A stretch of DNA of 64,000 bases from a virus, in the IMG/VR virus record IMGVR_UViG_3300045988_118548, positions 73,984 to 137,983 of that record; one strand, written 5' to 3'. Below, in pieces: positions 39,048 to 48,319 of this stretch. The notes under the pieces are model-generated. The model was given only the letters and a program-made list of their open reading frames with translations, was not told the origin of the DNA and made no database searches. Positions within the stretch are counted from its first letter, which is position 1, and each line of letters starts with the position of its first letter. The position numbers and the translations under genes were made by a program.

Positions 39048-39277
39048 ACTCTTCTTGTATTTCTGACCAATATAGGCATTATTATTTCGATGGTCTTGCC
39101 ATATTTCTTATGAGATGCAAGTACACATATTGCATATTTATCTCCTATTTTCAAATCTTTCGATAATCTTAATCTTGAACCCCTTTTGATGTTAATAAAA
39201 TAATCACCAAAAGGATTGATGCATATCGGTTTTACGATTTCTATATAATCTCCTTCAGGAATAACAATATCGTTCAT
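39044..39277 (-). CDS. hypothetical protein
   Basis: 77-aa ORF. Confidence 0.45.
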   Translation of the reverse strand: MNDIVIPEGDYIEIVKPICINPFGDYFINIKRGSRLRLSKDLKIGDKYAICVLASHKKYGKTIEIIMPILVRNTRRV

Positions 39278-40590
39278 ATTATGAATCTTTTAGACATTTC
39301 CTCTGCAATATCATACACGACCGTATGATCCTCTTCATTGTACGGCTTATTGATATTCAGCACTCCTTTTCTCACTTTGAACTTCTTATCTTTTCTAAGG
39401 TGATTCAACATACCTTGTTGGAACACGCAGTCCGCCTTTTCAAGTGCTATACTGTCTTCTGTCCATTCTTTCAGCGTATATCCTTTGCTGCTCGTGCTTT
39501 TTGGAGAAAAGTTCATAATACGTGCATCAATCCCATACCATGCTTTAACCATTCTTCTTTCAGCTTCTAATTGAAATGCATATGATTCCCATATTCCCCC
39601 TGATTTAAAGTCGAGAATAACCACTTCTTCCTTCTCCACGTCTCTTACCTCCTTCTTCGGATCACCTTTTTTGAACTGCCCTGTGGCCCTTTGATACACG
39701 GCTCCAAAATAACCTTCTTCTTTGTACTTGAATGTCATTTTAACCATCGCATCTATCGGCGTAGCTACCAAATAGTCTTCTAATGACAATATTCTTTCAA
39801 TCATCATCGGCTTAACCTTATACTCCGAACAAAATTTGGCAAACCTCATAATTCTGACAATCATATCATCAAGATCATCAATACTGTTAAAGAACCGATC
39901 AAGATTTTTCTTAGATATCTTCAGCTTACCTTCTTGCACTGTCTTAACTATAAAACTTCGATTTAAGACCATATCTCTACCTGTTAGGTACAATCCGTAT
40001 AAGTAGTGCATGATCGTTCCCTTATCAGCTTCATACTGTGCCACCTCTTCCGGATTGCGACCAAGCATCTTCATCTCTTGCTTCCATTCCTGAAGTGCGG
40101 TCTTATCATCTACATACCCATCTTTGATTAAAGTTGTTACCGAAGCATATATCTTGGCCGTCCCATCATCCATCTTCCTTACATAAAAACGATTATCGTC
40201 TAATGTCAATCTTACGAATTTAGGAGTCTCAATCTTCTTCAACTCATCGCAGATATAAAATGGCTCTAATGTTTCCTGATTTTCTATAAACGGATTCGAA
40301 TCTTCTTCTCCAGGGTTAGGAGCGGCTTCCTCCGCCTGAGCTTCCGGTTCCTCCTTCTGGGCCTGCTCTGGCTCAGGCGCCGGCTCTTCAACTACTGGAA
40401 CCTGTCCACCTTTTTCTGCTATGTCTCTGTTCTTTATTAAAGACATAACCTCCTTCTTCAACTGCTCTGGTGTTTGGTTAGGATCTGACACCGACATCAC
40501 AACATCGTTCATTCTAAACAACGTATTTCCTTCTCCTTCTACCATAGGCGCAAACCCTAAATCTGTCAATATTTTTATCTTCTCTTTCAT
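39274..40590 (-). CDS. hypothetical protein with possible PD-(D/E)XK nuclease motif
   Basis: Acidic Pro-rich linker near the N-terminus. ILDFKSG resembles nuclease motif III. Weak. Confidence 0.3.
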   Translation of the reverse strand: MKEKIKILTDLGFAPMVEGEGNTLFRMNDVVMSVSDPNQTPEQLKKEVMSLIKNRDIAEKGGQVPVVEEPAPEPEQAQKEEPEAQAEEAAPNPGEEDSNPFIENQETLEPFYICDELKKIETPKFVRLTLDDNRFYVRKMDDGTAKIYASVTTLIKDGYVDDKTALQEWKQEMKMLGRNPEEVAQYEADKGTIMHYLYGLYLTGRDMVLNRSFIVKTVQEGKLKISKKNLDRFFNSIDDLDDMIVRIMRFAKFCSEYKVKPMMIERILSLEDYLVATPIDAMVKMTFKYKEEGYFGAVYQRATGQFKKGDPKKEVRDVEKEEVVILDFKSGGIWESYAFQLEAERRMVKAWYGIDARIMNFSPKSTSSKGYTLKEWTEDSIALEKADCVFQQGMLNHLRKDKKFKVRKGVLNINKPYNEEDHTVVYDIAEEMSKRFII

Positions 40591-40772
40591 GATCTTCCTC
40601 TAATCAATTCTTCTTTAATACAATGTAACACTGTTTCCACTTCATCTTTATCTCTATCTTTCACTGCGATAGCTATATCCTTGCCATAACTCTCTCTTTG
40701 TATGTGAGCATAAAAGATAGTTTCATTGTCAGCTTCTATTCTTATTTTATAAAGCTTTCTCATATCTGTCAA
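40587..40772 (-). CDS. hypothetical protein
   Basis: 61-aa ORF. Confidence 0.4.
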   Translation of the reverse strand: MTDMRKLYKIRIEADNETIFYAHIQRESYGKDIAIAVKDRDKDEVETVLHCIKEELIRGRS

Positions 40773-41271
40773 TTATTTCAATAATTAATCTACCTCTTTC
40801 TTTAATCATCCCCCTGCTTTCCATATCCAGCACCTTCTTTACCGCATACTTCCATACAAAAGGAAATTCTGTTTCAAGTTTATCAAATTCCATCCGGTCA
40901 AGATACATGTCGAATACCGTATGCTCCGATTCATGTAGAAAAACTATATTATCTCTGCAAGTGGCAACCGACTTATATATCCTTTTTGGAAGTATGTGAC
41001 AGACGTTACATACTGTAGGAAAATGAATAGCCTTACCAGTCATAGACATTCGAATGCTACCCAACTCCTCCAACATAAGACGAAAAAACCCAGATAAATC
41101 CGGGTTCTCTAACTTTTTCTTCTTGCTGCTGTTTTTAATGGATGTAATTCTGTTTTTTTTCTTCGGAGTCAACTCTTTGCTCCTACAAGCCTGGCATAAG
41201 CCATGACTTCTTATCATCACTTTTCGTCCGCATCGTTCGCAGACGTATAGCTTCTTTTCCTTGCTTTCCAT
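40747..41271 (-). CDS. hypothetical zinc-finger protein
   Basis: CERCG...CQAC zinc-ribbon-like N-terminus and His/Cys-rich C-terminus. A possible HNH-like fold, not supported further. Confidence 0.45.
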   Translation of the reverse strand: MESKEKKLYVCERCGRKVMIRSHGLCQACRSKELTPKKKNRITSIKNSSKKKKLENPDLSGFFRLMLEELGSIRMSMTGKAIHFPTVCNVCHILPKRIYKSVATCRDNIVFLHESEHTVFDMYLDRMEFDKLETEFPFVWKYAVKKVLDMESRGMIKERGRLIIEIIDRYEKAL

Positions 41272-41456
41272 TCGAATAATAATGATATTATTGAAAAGAA
41301 CAATCCCGCTGAAGCCAGTAGATAAGGTACGTTCATTAATAATTTAGATACCTCGTCTGTCTTAATCACTATCAGAAGGAAAGCGCCTGCTGAAAGCAAT
41401 GATATTATCGCCACAACAAGCGCTATGTTGGAAACTACATCAGCCTTACTCTTCAC
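41217..41456 (-). CDS. small two-transmembrane-helix membrane protein (holin-like topology)
   Basis: 79 aa with two hydrophobic helices and a charged C-terminal tail. Confidence 0.4.
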   Translation of the reverse strand: MKSKADVVSNIALVVAIISLLSAGAFLLIVIKTDEVSKLLMNVPYLLASAGLFFSIISLLFEWKARKRSYTSANDADEK

Positions 41457-41916
41457 TCTTCTTCTCGCCTAATTTTTCAGCTCCCTTCTGAAGATCGTAT
41501 TTGAATACATCAATGATCTTCGTTTCAGCAATAGCTTCGCAATTCCAGTCTCCTAACGTGCCCTGCATACCTTTAGTTAACACAGCCTCAGCGTCTTTCG
41601 GATTGCCGGCCTGGACATACATATAGCATGGCGTTTTCTTTTCTTTACCTTTCTTTTCATCCAGTGTAATGTAATTCACCTTACACTTATACCAGTACTC
41701 AGCTTCTCCGTTGAAGAAGATTTCCGACACTTTAATAGGATCTATTTTAATAATGTCGAACACTTGAAATAAATCCTTGAAAATCTCTAAAGATCTTGAT
41801 TCTGCCTCTGTATAAGACAAGGCATCTACCAAATACTTTTCAGTTACTTTCTTTTTTTTGCCGTTCTCGATATTATCAATCTCGGCTTTTACCGTAATTT
41901 CAAACCAGCGATTCAT
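41446..41916 (-). CDS. hypothetical protein
   Basis: 156-aa ORF. Confidence 0.55.
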   Translation of the reverse strand: MNRWFEITVKAEIDNIENGKKKKVTEKYLVDALSYTEAESRSLEIFKDLFQVFDIIKIDPIKVSEIFFNGEAEYWYKCKVNYITLDEKKGKEKKTPCYMYVQAGNPKDAEAVLTKGMQGTLGDWNCEAIAETKIIDVFKYDLQKGAEKLGEKKSEE

Positions 41917-41927
41917 TGTATTAATAT

Positions 41928-42203
41928 TTAATTAGTTGATTTCTTTCCTTTCTCTATACTATTTTTAAATCTTTCAGAACACCACTGCAAAACATCCATC
42001 ATCATCATCTCATTATTAGATAAGATGCCTTTTATAATTAACGCCAATTGATGCTGTGACATTCTTAGGCTCATATCAAATCTTCTTTCCTCTTCATTTA
42101 CTATCGTGGCTACGAAATACTTACACCCCTCTAAGTGCGTCAGGGCTTCAATCATAGCTTCTTTTATCTCTTTTTCTTCCATTTTGTTTGTTTTTTTGGA
42201 CAA
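41928..42203 (-). CDS. hypothetical protein
   Basis: 91-aa ORF. Confidence 0.5.
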   Translation of the reverse strand: MSKKTNKMEEKEIKEAMIEALTHLEGCKYFVATIVNEEERRFDMSLRMSQHQLALIIKGILSNNEMMMMDVLQWCSERFKNSIEKGKKSTN

Positions 42204-42258
42204 AGATATGTCTTTTGATAATAAAAAAGATTCAAAATGATTTAATTTAGCTTAATTA

Positions 42259-42924
42259 CTACTCTTTTGATTCGTCCGGCATAGGCATGTCAAACTTTTT
42301 CCTGATAAACGATTCTGTTTCTTCATTGAATGGATAGGCCTCCTTAATAAAATTCATAGCTACCTCCATATCACCGTCTGCTATATCTTTATACCTTTCA
42401 AAGATACCAACCAGGTCATTGTTATATGAACGCTCTTGTTTTATGTTGTACACGTATTTCAACACCCTGTCTTTAATTTCATTGGCATTTTTCAAAGTGT
42501 TATTGAAGGAATTTATACTTTCCAATTCTGGATCTTGGTTTTCCTTGTTTACCTTATCAAACTCTTCTTTGCTATACCCCGCTTCCCCTTTAATAGCCGG
42601 GCAAACACTTTCTTTTATGATCCAAAACTGTTCATACGATCCTGTCAGAAACCTTGATTCTATTTTAAATGCATTATATTTAACAAGCAAATTAGCCACC
42701 TCAGTTGCACCTTCTATGGTTCTAAAACCGATGCCGACATCTTTTAACATAAATACTGGAACTCCCGTTCTTGGATACACGACTTCTTTTTCGTTCTTTA
42801 TATTCCAATTTTTAGCTTCAATTGGAATACCCTTACCAACAAGCTCTTTGTCTATATACAGACTTATCTCTTCGTCTGTCAATGCCACAATCTCATCTCT
42901 GCTTAAATCAAAAACTGTTTTCAT
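42259..42924 (-). CDS. hypothetical protein
   Basis: 221-aa ORF. Its start lies ~20 nt from a palindromic-motif copy. Confidence 0.6.
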   Translation of the reverse strand: MKTVFDLSRDEIVALTDEEISLYIDKELVGKGIPIEAKNWNIKNEKEVVYPRTGVPVFMLKDVGIGFRTIEGATEVANLLVKYNAFKIESRFLTGSYEQFWIIKESVCPAIKGEAGYSKEEFDKVNKENQDPELESINSFNNTLKNANEIKDRVLKYVYNIKQERSYNNDLVGIFERYKDIADGDMEVAMNFIKEAYPFNEETESFIRKKFDMPMPDESKE

Positions 42925-42944
42925 TTCTTTTTATTTATTAAATT

Positions 42945-42963
42945 AGGTATATAATTACCTAAA
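42945..42963. repeat. palindromic motif copy (TTAGGTA-N6-TACCTAA, centre TATAAT)
   Basis: One of four near-identical copies, at 22715, 42945, 45298 and 51882. Confidence 0.6.
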
Positions 42964-43173
42964 TTTATCATACTCTTCTTTCGATATTCTTATGCCATCT
43001 TTAAAATAGATGGCATAAGGCGTTTTTTCTGGTATAACTACAGAAATATATCCTTTTGAATGTAATATTTTCTGAAATTTATCATTGTCAAAAAAATAAT
43101 AACTTTCAAGTAAATGGATATATTCTTTATCTGTTAACCCCCAAAGACTTTGATAATCTTCTAAATGTTTCAT
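42955..43173 (-). CDS. hypothetical protein
   Basis: 72-aa ORF. Confidence 0.45.
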   Translation of the reverse strand: MKHLEDYQSLWGLTDKEYIHLLESYYFFDNDKFQKILHSKGYISVVIPEKTPYAIYFKDGIRISKEEYDKFR

Positions 43174-43269
43174 AACTGTATTTTTTAAAAGTGAATAATT
43201 AATTGATTTATAAAAAGAAAGCGGTGATAAACTAAGTTACCACCGCTTTTACTATCATATTGTTTCGTA

Positions 43270-43665
43270 TTACTTTATTTTGTACATTGAGAAATCTTCA
43301 AAATCACCAGATATACAATCAAGTTTCAGCCAACCTTCTGACACCTTTACATCATAAACAATAGGTGGCTCAGGGTCACTATCAAATACAATGACTAATC
43401 TCATTGTATTTTTATCAAAAGAGTATGTGAAAGGATCTGGGCTTTTCTTTTTGCCTTCATTGTAATATACAGTCATTACGCCTGTATCGTCATTATAAAA
43501 TGTGAGTTCGAAAAATTCATCTGCGGGGAATTGCTCTCCCCATGAACCTATTAATATGCTGTTATTGTCATTATTCACATTATCGTCGTTACACGAAAAT
43601 GTGAATAAAAGTAGCAAGGTTAATAATATATGTAGTACTTGTTTCATGTTATTGTTAAAATTCAT
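43270..43665 (-). CDS. secreted lipoprotein with Bacteroidetes lipoprotein export signal
   Basis: Signal peptide ...LLLLFTFSC then NDDNVNNDNN, the C-N-D-D export motif. Confidence 0.6.
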   Translation of the reverse strand: MNFNNNMKQVLHILLTLLLLFTFSCNDDNVNNDNNSILIGSWGEQFPADEFFELTFYNDDTGVMTVYYNEGKKKSPDPFTYSFDKNTMRLVIVFDSDPEPPIVYDVKVSEGWLKLDCISGDFEDFSMYKIK

Positions 43666-44359
43666 ATCCTACCTTTATACTAAATCCGTTCATGTCACCA
43701 CTTCCATCTCCCCATTCTTCATCAAATGATACCTTTTGTATAGAATATCCTATACCTAAATTAACAGCTTGTTTTTTAGTAGTCATAAACCGTACACCAA
43801 TAAAAGGGTTACAATACAATCCACCTTTTTTTGCATGTCTTGGTGCTTCTTTAGTATTGAACTTATACCCTATTCTTAATGCAATAAAAGGAGATATTGG
43901 ACCATTCAAGGCATATCCTCTCACATCCGCAAATACAGGTATGCTTACTGTTGAATAATCGGTCATATAGTGTATGCCGGTTCCACCTCCTACAAATAAA
44001 TATTGATTGATTTGGCTTCCATATGTAAAATATAATTCTGGGCCTTTGTATCCACCTGCCCAGTATCCGAGATCAATCATAAATCTACTCCCTGTCAAAT
44101 CGTACTTTTCATTGGATATTTTAAATGGAATTTTAGATTCTTTCTCTTCTTTGGTTATTTTACTGATATCTTCCATAGGGTACACAAACGTACTACCATC
44201 AGAAGTGCGAATAGTAATTTGCTTGTCTGGTATCTGCTCGATAATAACCCCTTTTATAACACTTCCATTTTTTAAATGAATAGCTTCAACCATTTTGTTT
44301 TGTGAGTAAGCGCATACACTACCCAATAGAACAACTAACAATAATAGATACTTTTTCAT
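43655..44359 (-). CDS. outer-membrane beta-barrel protein
   Basis: Signal peptide MKKYLLLLVVLLGSVCAYSQ. Alternating amphipathic beta-strands. C-terminal beta-signal ...IKVGYEF with terminal Phe. Confidence 0.6.
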   Translation of the reverse strand: MKKYLLLLVVLLGSVCAYSQNKMVEAIHLKNGSVIKGVIIEQIPDKQITIRTSDGSTFVYPMEDISKITKEEKESKIPFKISNEKYDLTGSRFMIDLGYWAGGYKGPELYFTYGSQINQYLFVGGGTGIHYMTDYSTVSIPVFADVRGYALNGPISPFIALRIGYKFNTKEAPRHAKKGGLYCNPFIGVRFMTTKKQAVNLGIGYSIQKVSFDEEWGDGSGDMNGFSIKVGYEF

Positions 44360-44738
44360 ATGAAATAATTTTGCTCTTTCTGCCTCCTTCGAAAGATTAA
44401 CAAAAAAAAGAAGCGTGGAGACTATTGGATACTACCACATTGAGGTCTTGGACTACCCTTCGCACAATAGTAAACAATAGCCCCACGCCTTATGTCAGTA
44501 TACTATTATCCCTCTTGTATAATCAGAATGCGTATACAACAACATAGGCGTAGGAGCTGTATGTCTATTATCTTGTGCGAATGAAAGTGTCCAAGTTTCA
44601 ATGCAAGATAATATCTTAACGCTTCTACGTCTTTATTCTAATACGTGAGGGCAAAGATAGTTATTCTATCTAATATTTTAAAACGGCTTAAAAGGATTTA
44701 ATTTGATGTAAAATGAATATTGGGAATTTTAACAGTTC

Positions 44739-44746
44739 GTATTTTT
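44739..44746 (+). promoter_or_regulatory. Bacteroidetes-type -7 promoter box (TATTTTTG)
   Basis: TAnnTTTG match 27 nt upstream of ATG 44773. Confidence 0.35.
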
Positions 44747-44772
44747 GCATAAACAACAAAATATCTAAGATC

Positions 44773-44937
44773 ATGAACAAATGCAAAAAGCCATCAAGAA
44801 AAACAGCCAGTAAAGCAGGCAAGTTATTAAGAAAGAAGATATCTTCCAAAGATGTTAAAACTCTTGCAGGTTACACTTTACAAGCCGCTTCCCGTCGTGG
44901 AAAAAGTAAGAGTGGTTGCCAAAAGAAAGGAAAATAA
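44773..44937 (+). CDS. small highly basic protein (54 aa), lone + gene in the minus block
   Basis: MNKCKKPSRKTASKAGKLLRKK... Preceded by a -7 box. Overlaps convergently with the 3' end of 44855..45199 (-), so one of the two may be mis-called. Confidence 0.3.
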   Translation: MNKCKKPSRKTASKAGKLLRKKISSKDVKTLAGYTLQAASRRGKSKSGCQKKGK

Positions 44938-45199
44938 GTTCTTTAATACAAGCTTTTGGTATGGTCATTATACCAGAAGCTTGTTCTAATGTATTGGAAT
45001 TACCAACAGCATAATGACCAGCTACAGATATAGATCTCTCATTTTCATGTACAACAATACCATAGCTCTCTATTTCTGATATATCTGTTTCGTAATCCTC
45101 CAGATCTACCCATGTTCTTTCTGATAGGTTGGAATCTATCCACTTAACTAATACCCGCTTGTTTAAAAGCGATTCTTTTTTATGTCTATTCTTTTTCAT
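44855..45199 (-). CDS. hypothetical protein
   Basis: 114-aa ORF. Confidence 0.5.
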   Translation of the reverse strand: MKKNRHKKESLLNKRVLVKWIDSNLSERTWVDLEDYETDISEIESYGIVVHENERSISVAGHYAVGNSNTLEQASGIMTIPKACIKELIFLSFGNHSYFFHDGKRLVKCNLQEF

Positions 45200-45297
45200 A
45201 ACTTGTTATATTGATTTTTTAGTAAACGAAAAGAGATTGTGCCAGCATTTTGACACAATCTCAATTATATGGGAATAATACTAAGGAAAAGTGTAAA

Positions 45298-45317
45298 GTG
45301 GTATATAATTACCTTAA
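45298..45317. repeat. palindromic motif copy (GGTATATAATTACC)
   Basis: Third copy, in an intergenic region. Confidence 0.55.
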
Positions 45318-45340
45318 TTTAAATATTTTTAGTTTTGAAA

Positions 45341-45586
45341 TTATTTAATATGCTTATCGGCTGGATTGATTATCAATCCATCGTCACATGAAGGGAATGA
45401 TATGTTAGATTCTCCATTATCAAGATTAGTCAGTTTAACCGTTCCAGCATATTCATCATCCACAAAAAACAATTGACCCGAAGAAACCACAAATCTGCAT
45501 TGATATGCATTCATCATTGCTCCAAGTTGTCTAATCTTAGTTTTAATCTCTAAAAGTTGAGCGTTGTTGATTATATTCTTATTCAT
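45341..45586 (-). CDS. hypothetical protein
   Basis: 81-aa ORF. Confidence 0.5.
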   Translation of the reverse strand: MNKNIINNAQLLEIKTKIRQLGAMMNAYQCRFVVSSGQLFFVDDEYAGTVKLTNLDNGESNISFPSCDDGLIINPADKHIK

Positions 45587-45739
45587 ATTTTATTAAAGTT
45601 TATCTATTATTTTGTCACCCATTTCCTGCCATTCATCACTCACGCTTATAACCAATCCTATGACAGTGAATGATAATAACAACGTAAAAATAAGCCATAA
45701 CAGAAAGCAGATAAAAACACATACATACCTCATGATTTT

Positions 45740-46507
45740 TTAGTTGTTAGATAAAAGCAAAATCGGTTCATTTGACTCCGCAATTGCTTTTATTTGTTCT
45801 GGATTGATAAAACTCTTGACTTGTTCACTTATCTTACAAATAGATTTGATCATATCAACGAATAATTTTGAGGTGCATTCGTTGCATTCCACTTCCATTA
45901 CCGGCTTATGTCGATTGTATGATATGCATGTTACATAATTCAGCCAGTGCGCATAAGTTCCTTTTTCTGTATTTAACCTGCCGTATTCTACTTTTGTCTC
46001 TCCATTACCATATTCAATTACTCTTTTTAGAAATGGTTTTGCATAAACACTAAAACCGAAAGGTTGGGTGTTTAAGGCATCTAAACGAGAAGTTCCATCT
46101 CTCCATTTCCCGTTTTCATCACCTCCTGTCCATTCTTTAGAGGCATTAGGGACAATATTTCCATTTTTGTCATATGAAAACATGCAATTCGTTTCCAGTT
46201 GATACTTAATAACAGGCACTTCCTCTACTATTTTATAACTCAAACATCTCTTCAGAACTTCCCTGATTTGACTTTCCAAGTCAGAAAGTGCTATACTATT
46301 GAAATATCCTTCGTTGCCTAATCTGTTTGTAGGTAATTTGATCCCATAAGAATGAATCTTATCCACATCTTCTTTTGACAAGGTAGTGGTAAACACTCCT
46401 TCTTTGGTGACATTTACTTTAACAGTTACGGACAAACTGTTGTTAGCATTCTTTTCCGTTATATTTAGTGTTGTTAATGCTGCCATAATCAGATCTTTTA
46501 AAATCAA
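45740..46507 (-). CDS. hypothetical protein
   Basis: 255-aa ORF. Confidence 0.6.
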   Translation of the reverse strand: MILKDLIMAALTTLNITEKNANNSLSVTVKVNVTKEGVFTTTLSKEDVDKIHSYGIKLPTNRLGNEGYFNSIALSDLESQIREVLKRCLSYKIVEEVPVIKYQLETNCMFSYDKNGNIVPNASKEWTGGDENGKWRDGTSRLDALNTQPFGFSVYAKPFLKRVIEYGNGETKVEYGRLNTEKGTYAHWLNYVTCISYNRHKPVMEVECNECTSKLFVDMIKSICKISEQVKSFINPEQIKAIAESNEPILLLSNN

Positions 46508-46818
46508 TTCGAATAAATATAATACATTCCTGCTTCATATACCCTATGTACATCAGGGTCATTCTTGTCTTCCGGTTCCAATTCACTCTCTTCGCGAGTA
46601 TAATCCCATTCAGAGTTGTAGTACATATCCTCATTTGTTTTCTCCAAGGAGCAATCTTTCATCAAATTCATATTTTCTCCCCATACTGCAACTTCTTGTC
46701 GTTGCTCTTCTTCTGCCATAAGGGATATTTTGTCTTTTAATTCTTTCCAGGTCATGATTTCTAAAATATGATTAGGTATATAGTCACCTGTTAGGTAAGT
46801 AATTTGTAATAACATCAA
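46504..46818 (-). CDS. hypothetical acidic protein
   Basis: 104-aa ORF. Confidence 0.5.
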   Translation of the reverse strand: MMLLQITYLTGDYIPNHILEIMTWKELKDKISLMAEEEQRQEVAVWGENMNLMKDCSLEKTNEDMYYNSEWDYTREESELEPEDKNDPDVHRVYEAGMYYIYSN

Positions 46819-47077
46819 GTGATATCCATAACTCCGGCTCTATGCTGTTTTTTATTCTATCACTGAAAAGAGAATTATCATCACAATCACAATGAGAGAT
46901 TGTGATATAACAATCTTGATAATCCCACCAATGGGCTGATTTAAAATCGTCCCCTCCATTCCAAAACCCTATTCTTATGCCTCTTGGGTTAAAATCTTCA
47001 TCTATCCAACTTGGATGGTAAGCCAACACTTCTTCTCCCTCTGGAGGTTTTTCCTCTTTAAATTTCTTCCAGTTCAT
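46784..47077 (-). CDS. hypothetical protein
   Basis: 97-aa ORF. Confidence 0.5.
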   Translation of the reverse strand: MNWKKFKEEKPPEGEEVLAYHPSWIDEDFNPRGIRIGFWNGGDDFKSAHWWDYQDCYITISHCDCDDNSLFSDRIKNSIEPELWISLDVITNYLPNR

Positions 47078-47150
47078 TTTTTCTTTAATTAATTAAGTAC
47101 AAATATAAAAGTTTAACATGCTATCACGCCTAAATTGTATTAAATTATAT

Positions 47151-47495
47151 TTATTTATCCCCAATCTTTTTAATCTTTGTTGGTCTTGACAATCGATAAT
47201 CCTTTTCTATCGGTCTACCGAATACGTTATTCCTATATCCTTTATATCCTTTCTCGTAAACGCTAACCCTTGCGCAGAACTCAACCACATCGCCCGGTAA
47301 TAAATCAGCGTTTTTGAATCCTTTTGTCAAATCAAACCACAAATGGTCTGTTACTACTTTACCATCTAGTAACACGTCTTGTAAAAGTATTGTCTTTACA
47401 GGTCCTTTATACCCATCCCTGAATCCAAAACGAATGAATGTCGCTGTAAATACGTGTCGCTCTTTTGAGCCTATTATTTTCAATTCCTTTCTCAT
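47151..47495 (-). CDS. hypothetical protein downstream partner of the ABC-type ATPase
   Basis: 114 aa, begins 6 nt after the ATPase gene. Confidence 0.55.
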   Translation of the reverse strand: MRKELKIIGSKERHVFTATFIRFGFRDGYKGPVKTILLQDVLLDGKVVTDHLWFDLTKGFKNADLLPGDVVEFCARVSVYEKGYKGYRNNVFGRPIEKDYRLSRPTKIKKIGDK

Positions 47496-47501
47496 GTTCT
47501 T

Positions 47502-48308
47502 TCATTCATTTGTTTCGCTTATAAAATTAACAACATTCTTTAGATACCCTTCTGTCATCTCTATGAAATTAACACAATCTAATTTGCTTAATTTGTAAAT
47601 CAATGCCGGATTGTGTATTATGGCTATAATTTGTGTTTGTGGTTTATGAAATGACAATACATTGTAAATCTGCATTATGTTGTCAATATCAAGATTCCTG
47701 TCTGGCTCATCCATGAGAACCGTGTATTCAAAACTGCTTTCTGTTAATGTTATGCGGTTTCTTTTATAATACTTCAACAGGTTATCAATTCTTTTAATCC
47801 AAAACGCATTTGATTTTTTCTTGTATTCTACAAGATCTTGTATTGGAAATGTATAATCCTTTTGACCGAACATTAAATTGAAAAGTGATTCCAATGATAA
47901 CACCACTTTTTCTCCATAAGATTTTTGAATGCTATTCACATACAAATCGAAATTGCTGATGTTTTTTAATACACTATCTCGATTTGTCTCCGTTGACGGC
48001 AATAAACGGAATACTTTCCCTGCATAATCGGATGATATGTCAATCCCATCAAAAACCTTATCATCGTCATCAAATATAGGTGGAAAATCCAGTGCCTCGG
48101 TCGGCATTTCAGAGCACATGGATTTCTCGCATAACGCATACATTGATATTATGTTAAGCAAGGTCGATTTTCCACTACCGTTTTTACCTATAATTACATT
48201 CACTCCTGACTTGAAAATAAATTCTCTGCCATTTTCAAATGCTTCTATATCCGAAACATATTCAAATGGAGTTTTTGTATTGTCTTTTATTTTTACTGAT
48301 GTTATCAT
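47502..48308 (-). CDS. stand-alone ABC-type (AAA_21-like) ATPase
   Basis: Walker A GKNGSGKST, Walker B VLMDEPDRNLD, H-loop IIAIIHNP. No coiled coil and no transmembrane segment. Confidence 0.65.
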   Translation of the reverse strand: MITSVKIKDNTKTPFEYVSDIEAFENGREFIFKSGVNVIIGKNGSGKSTLLNIISMYALCEKSMCSEMPTEALDFPPIFDDDDKVFDGIDISSDYAGKVFRLLPSTETNRDSVLKNISNFDLYVNSIQKSYGEKVVLSLESLFNLMFGQKDYTFPIQDLVEYKKKSNAFWIKRIDNLLKYYKRNRITLTESSFEYTVLMDEPDRNLDIDNIMQIYNVLSFHKPQTQIIAIIHNPALIYKLSKLDCVNFIEMTEGYLKNVVNFISETNE

Positions 48309-48319
48309 TGTAATCCTTT

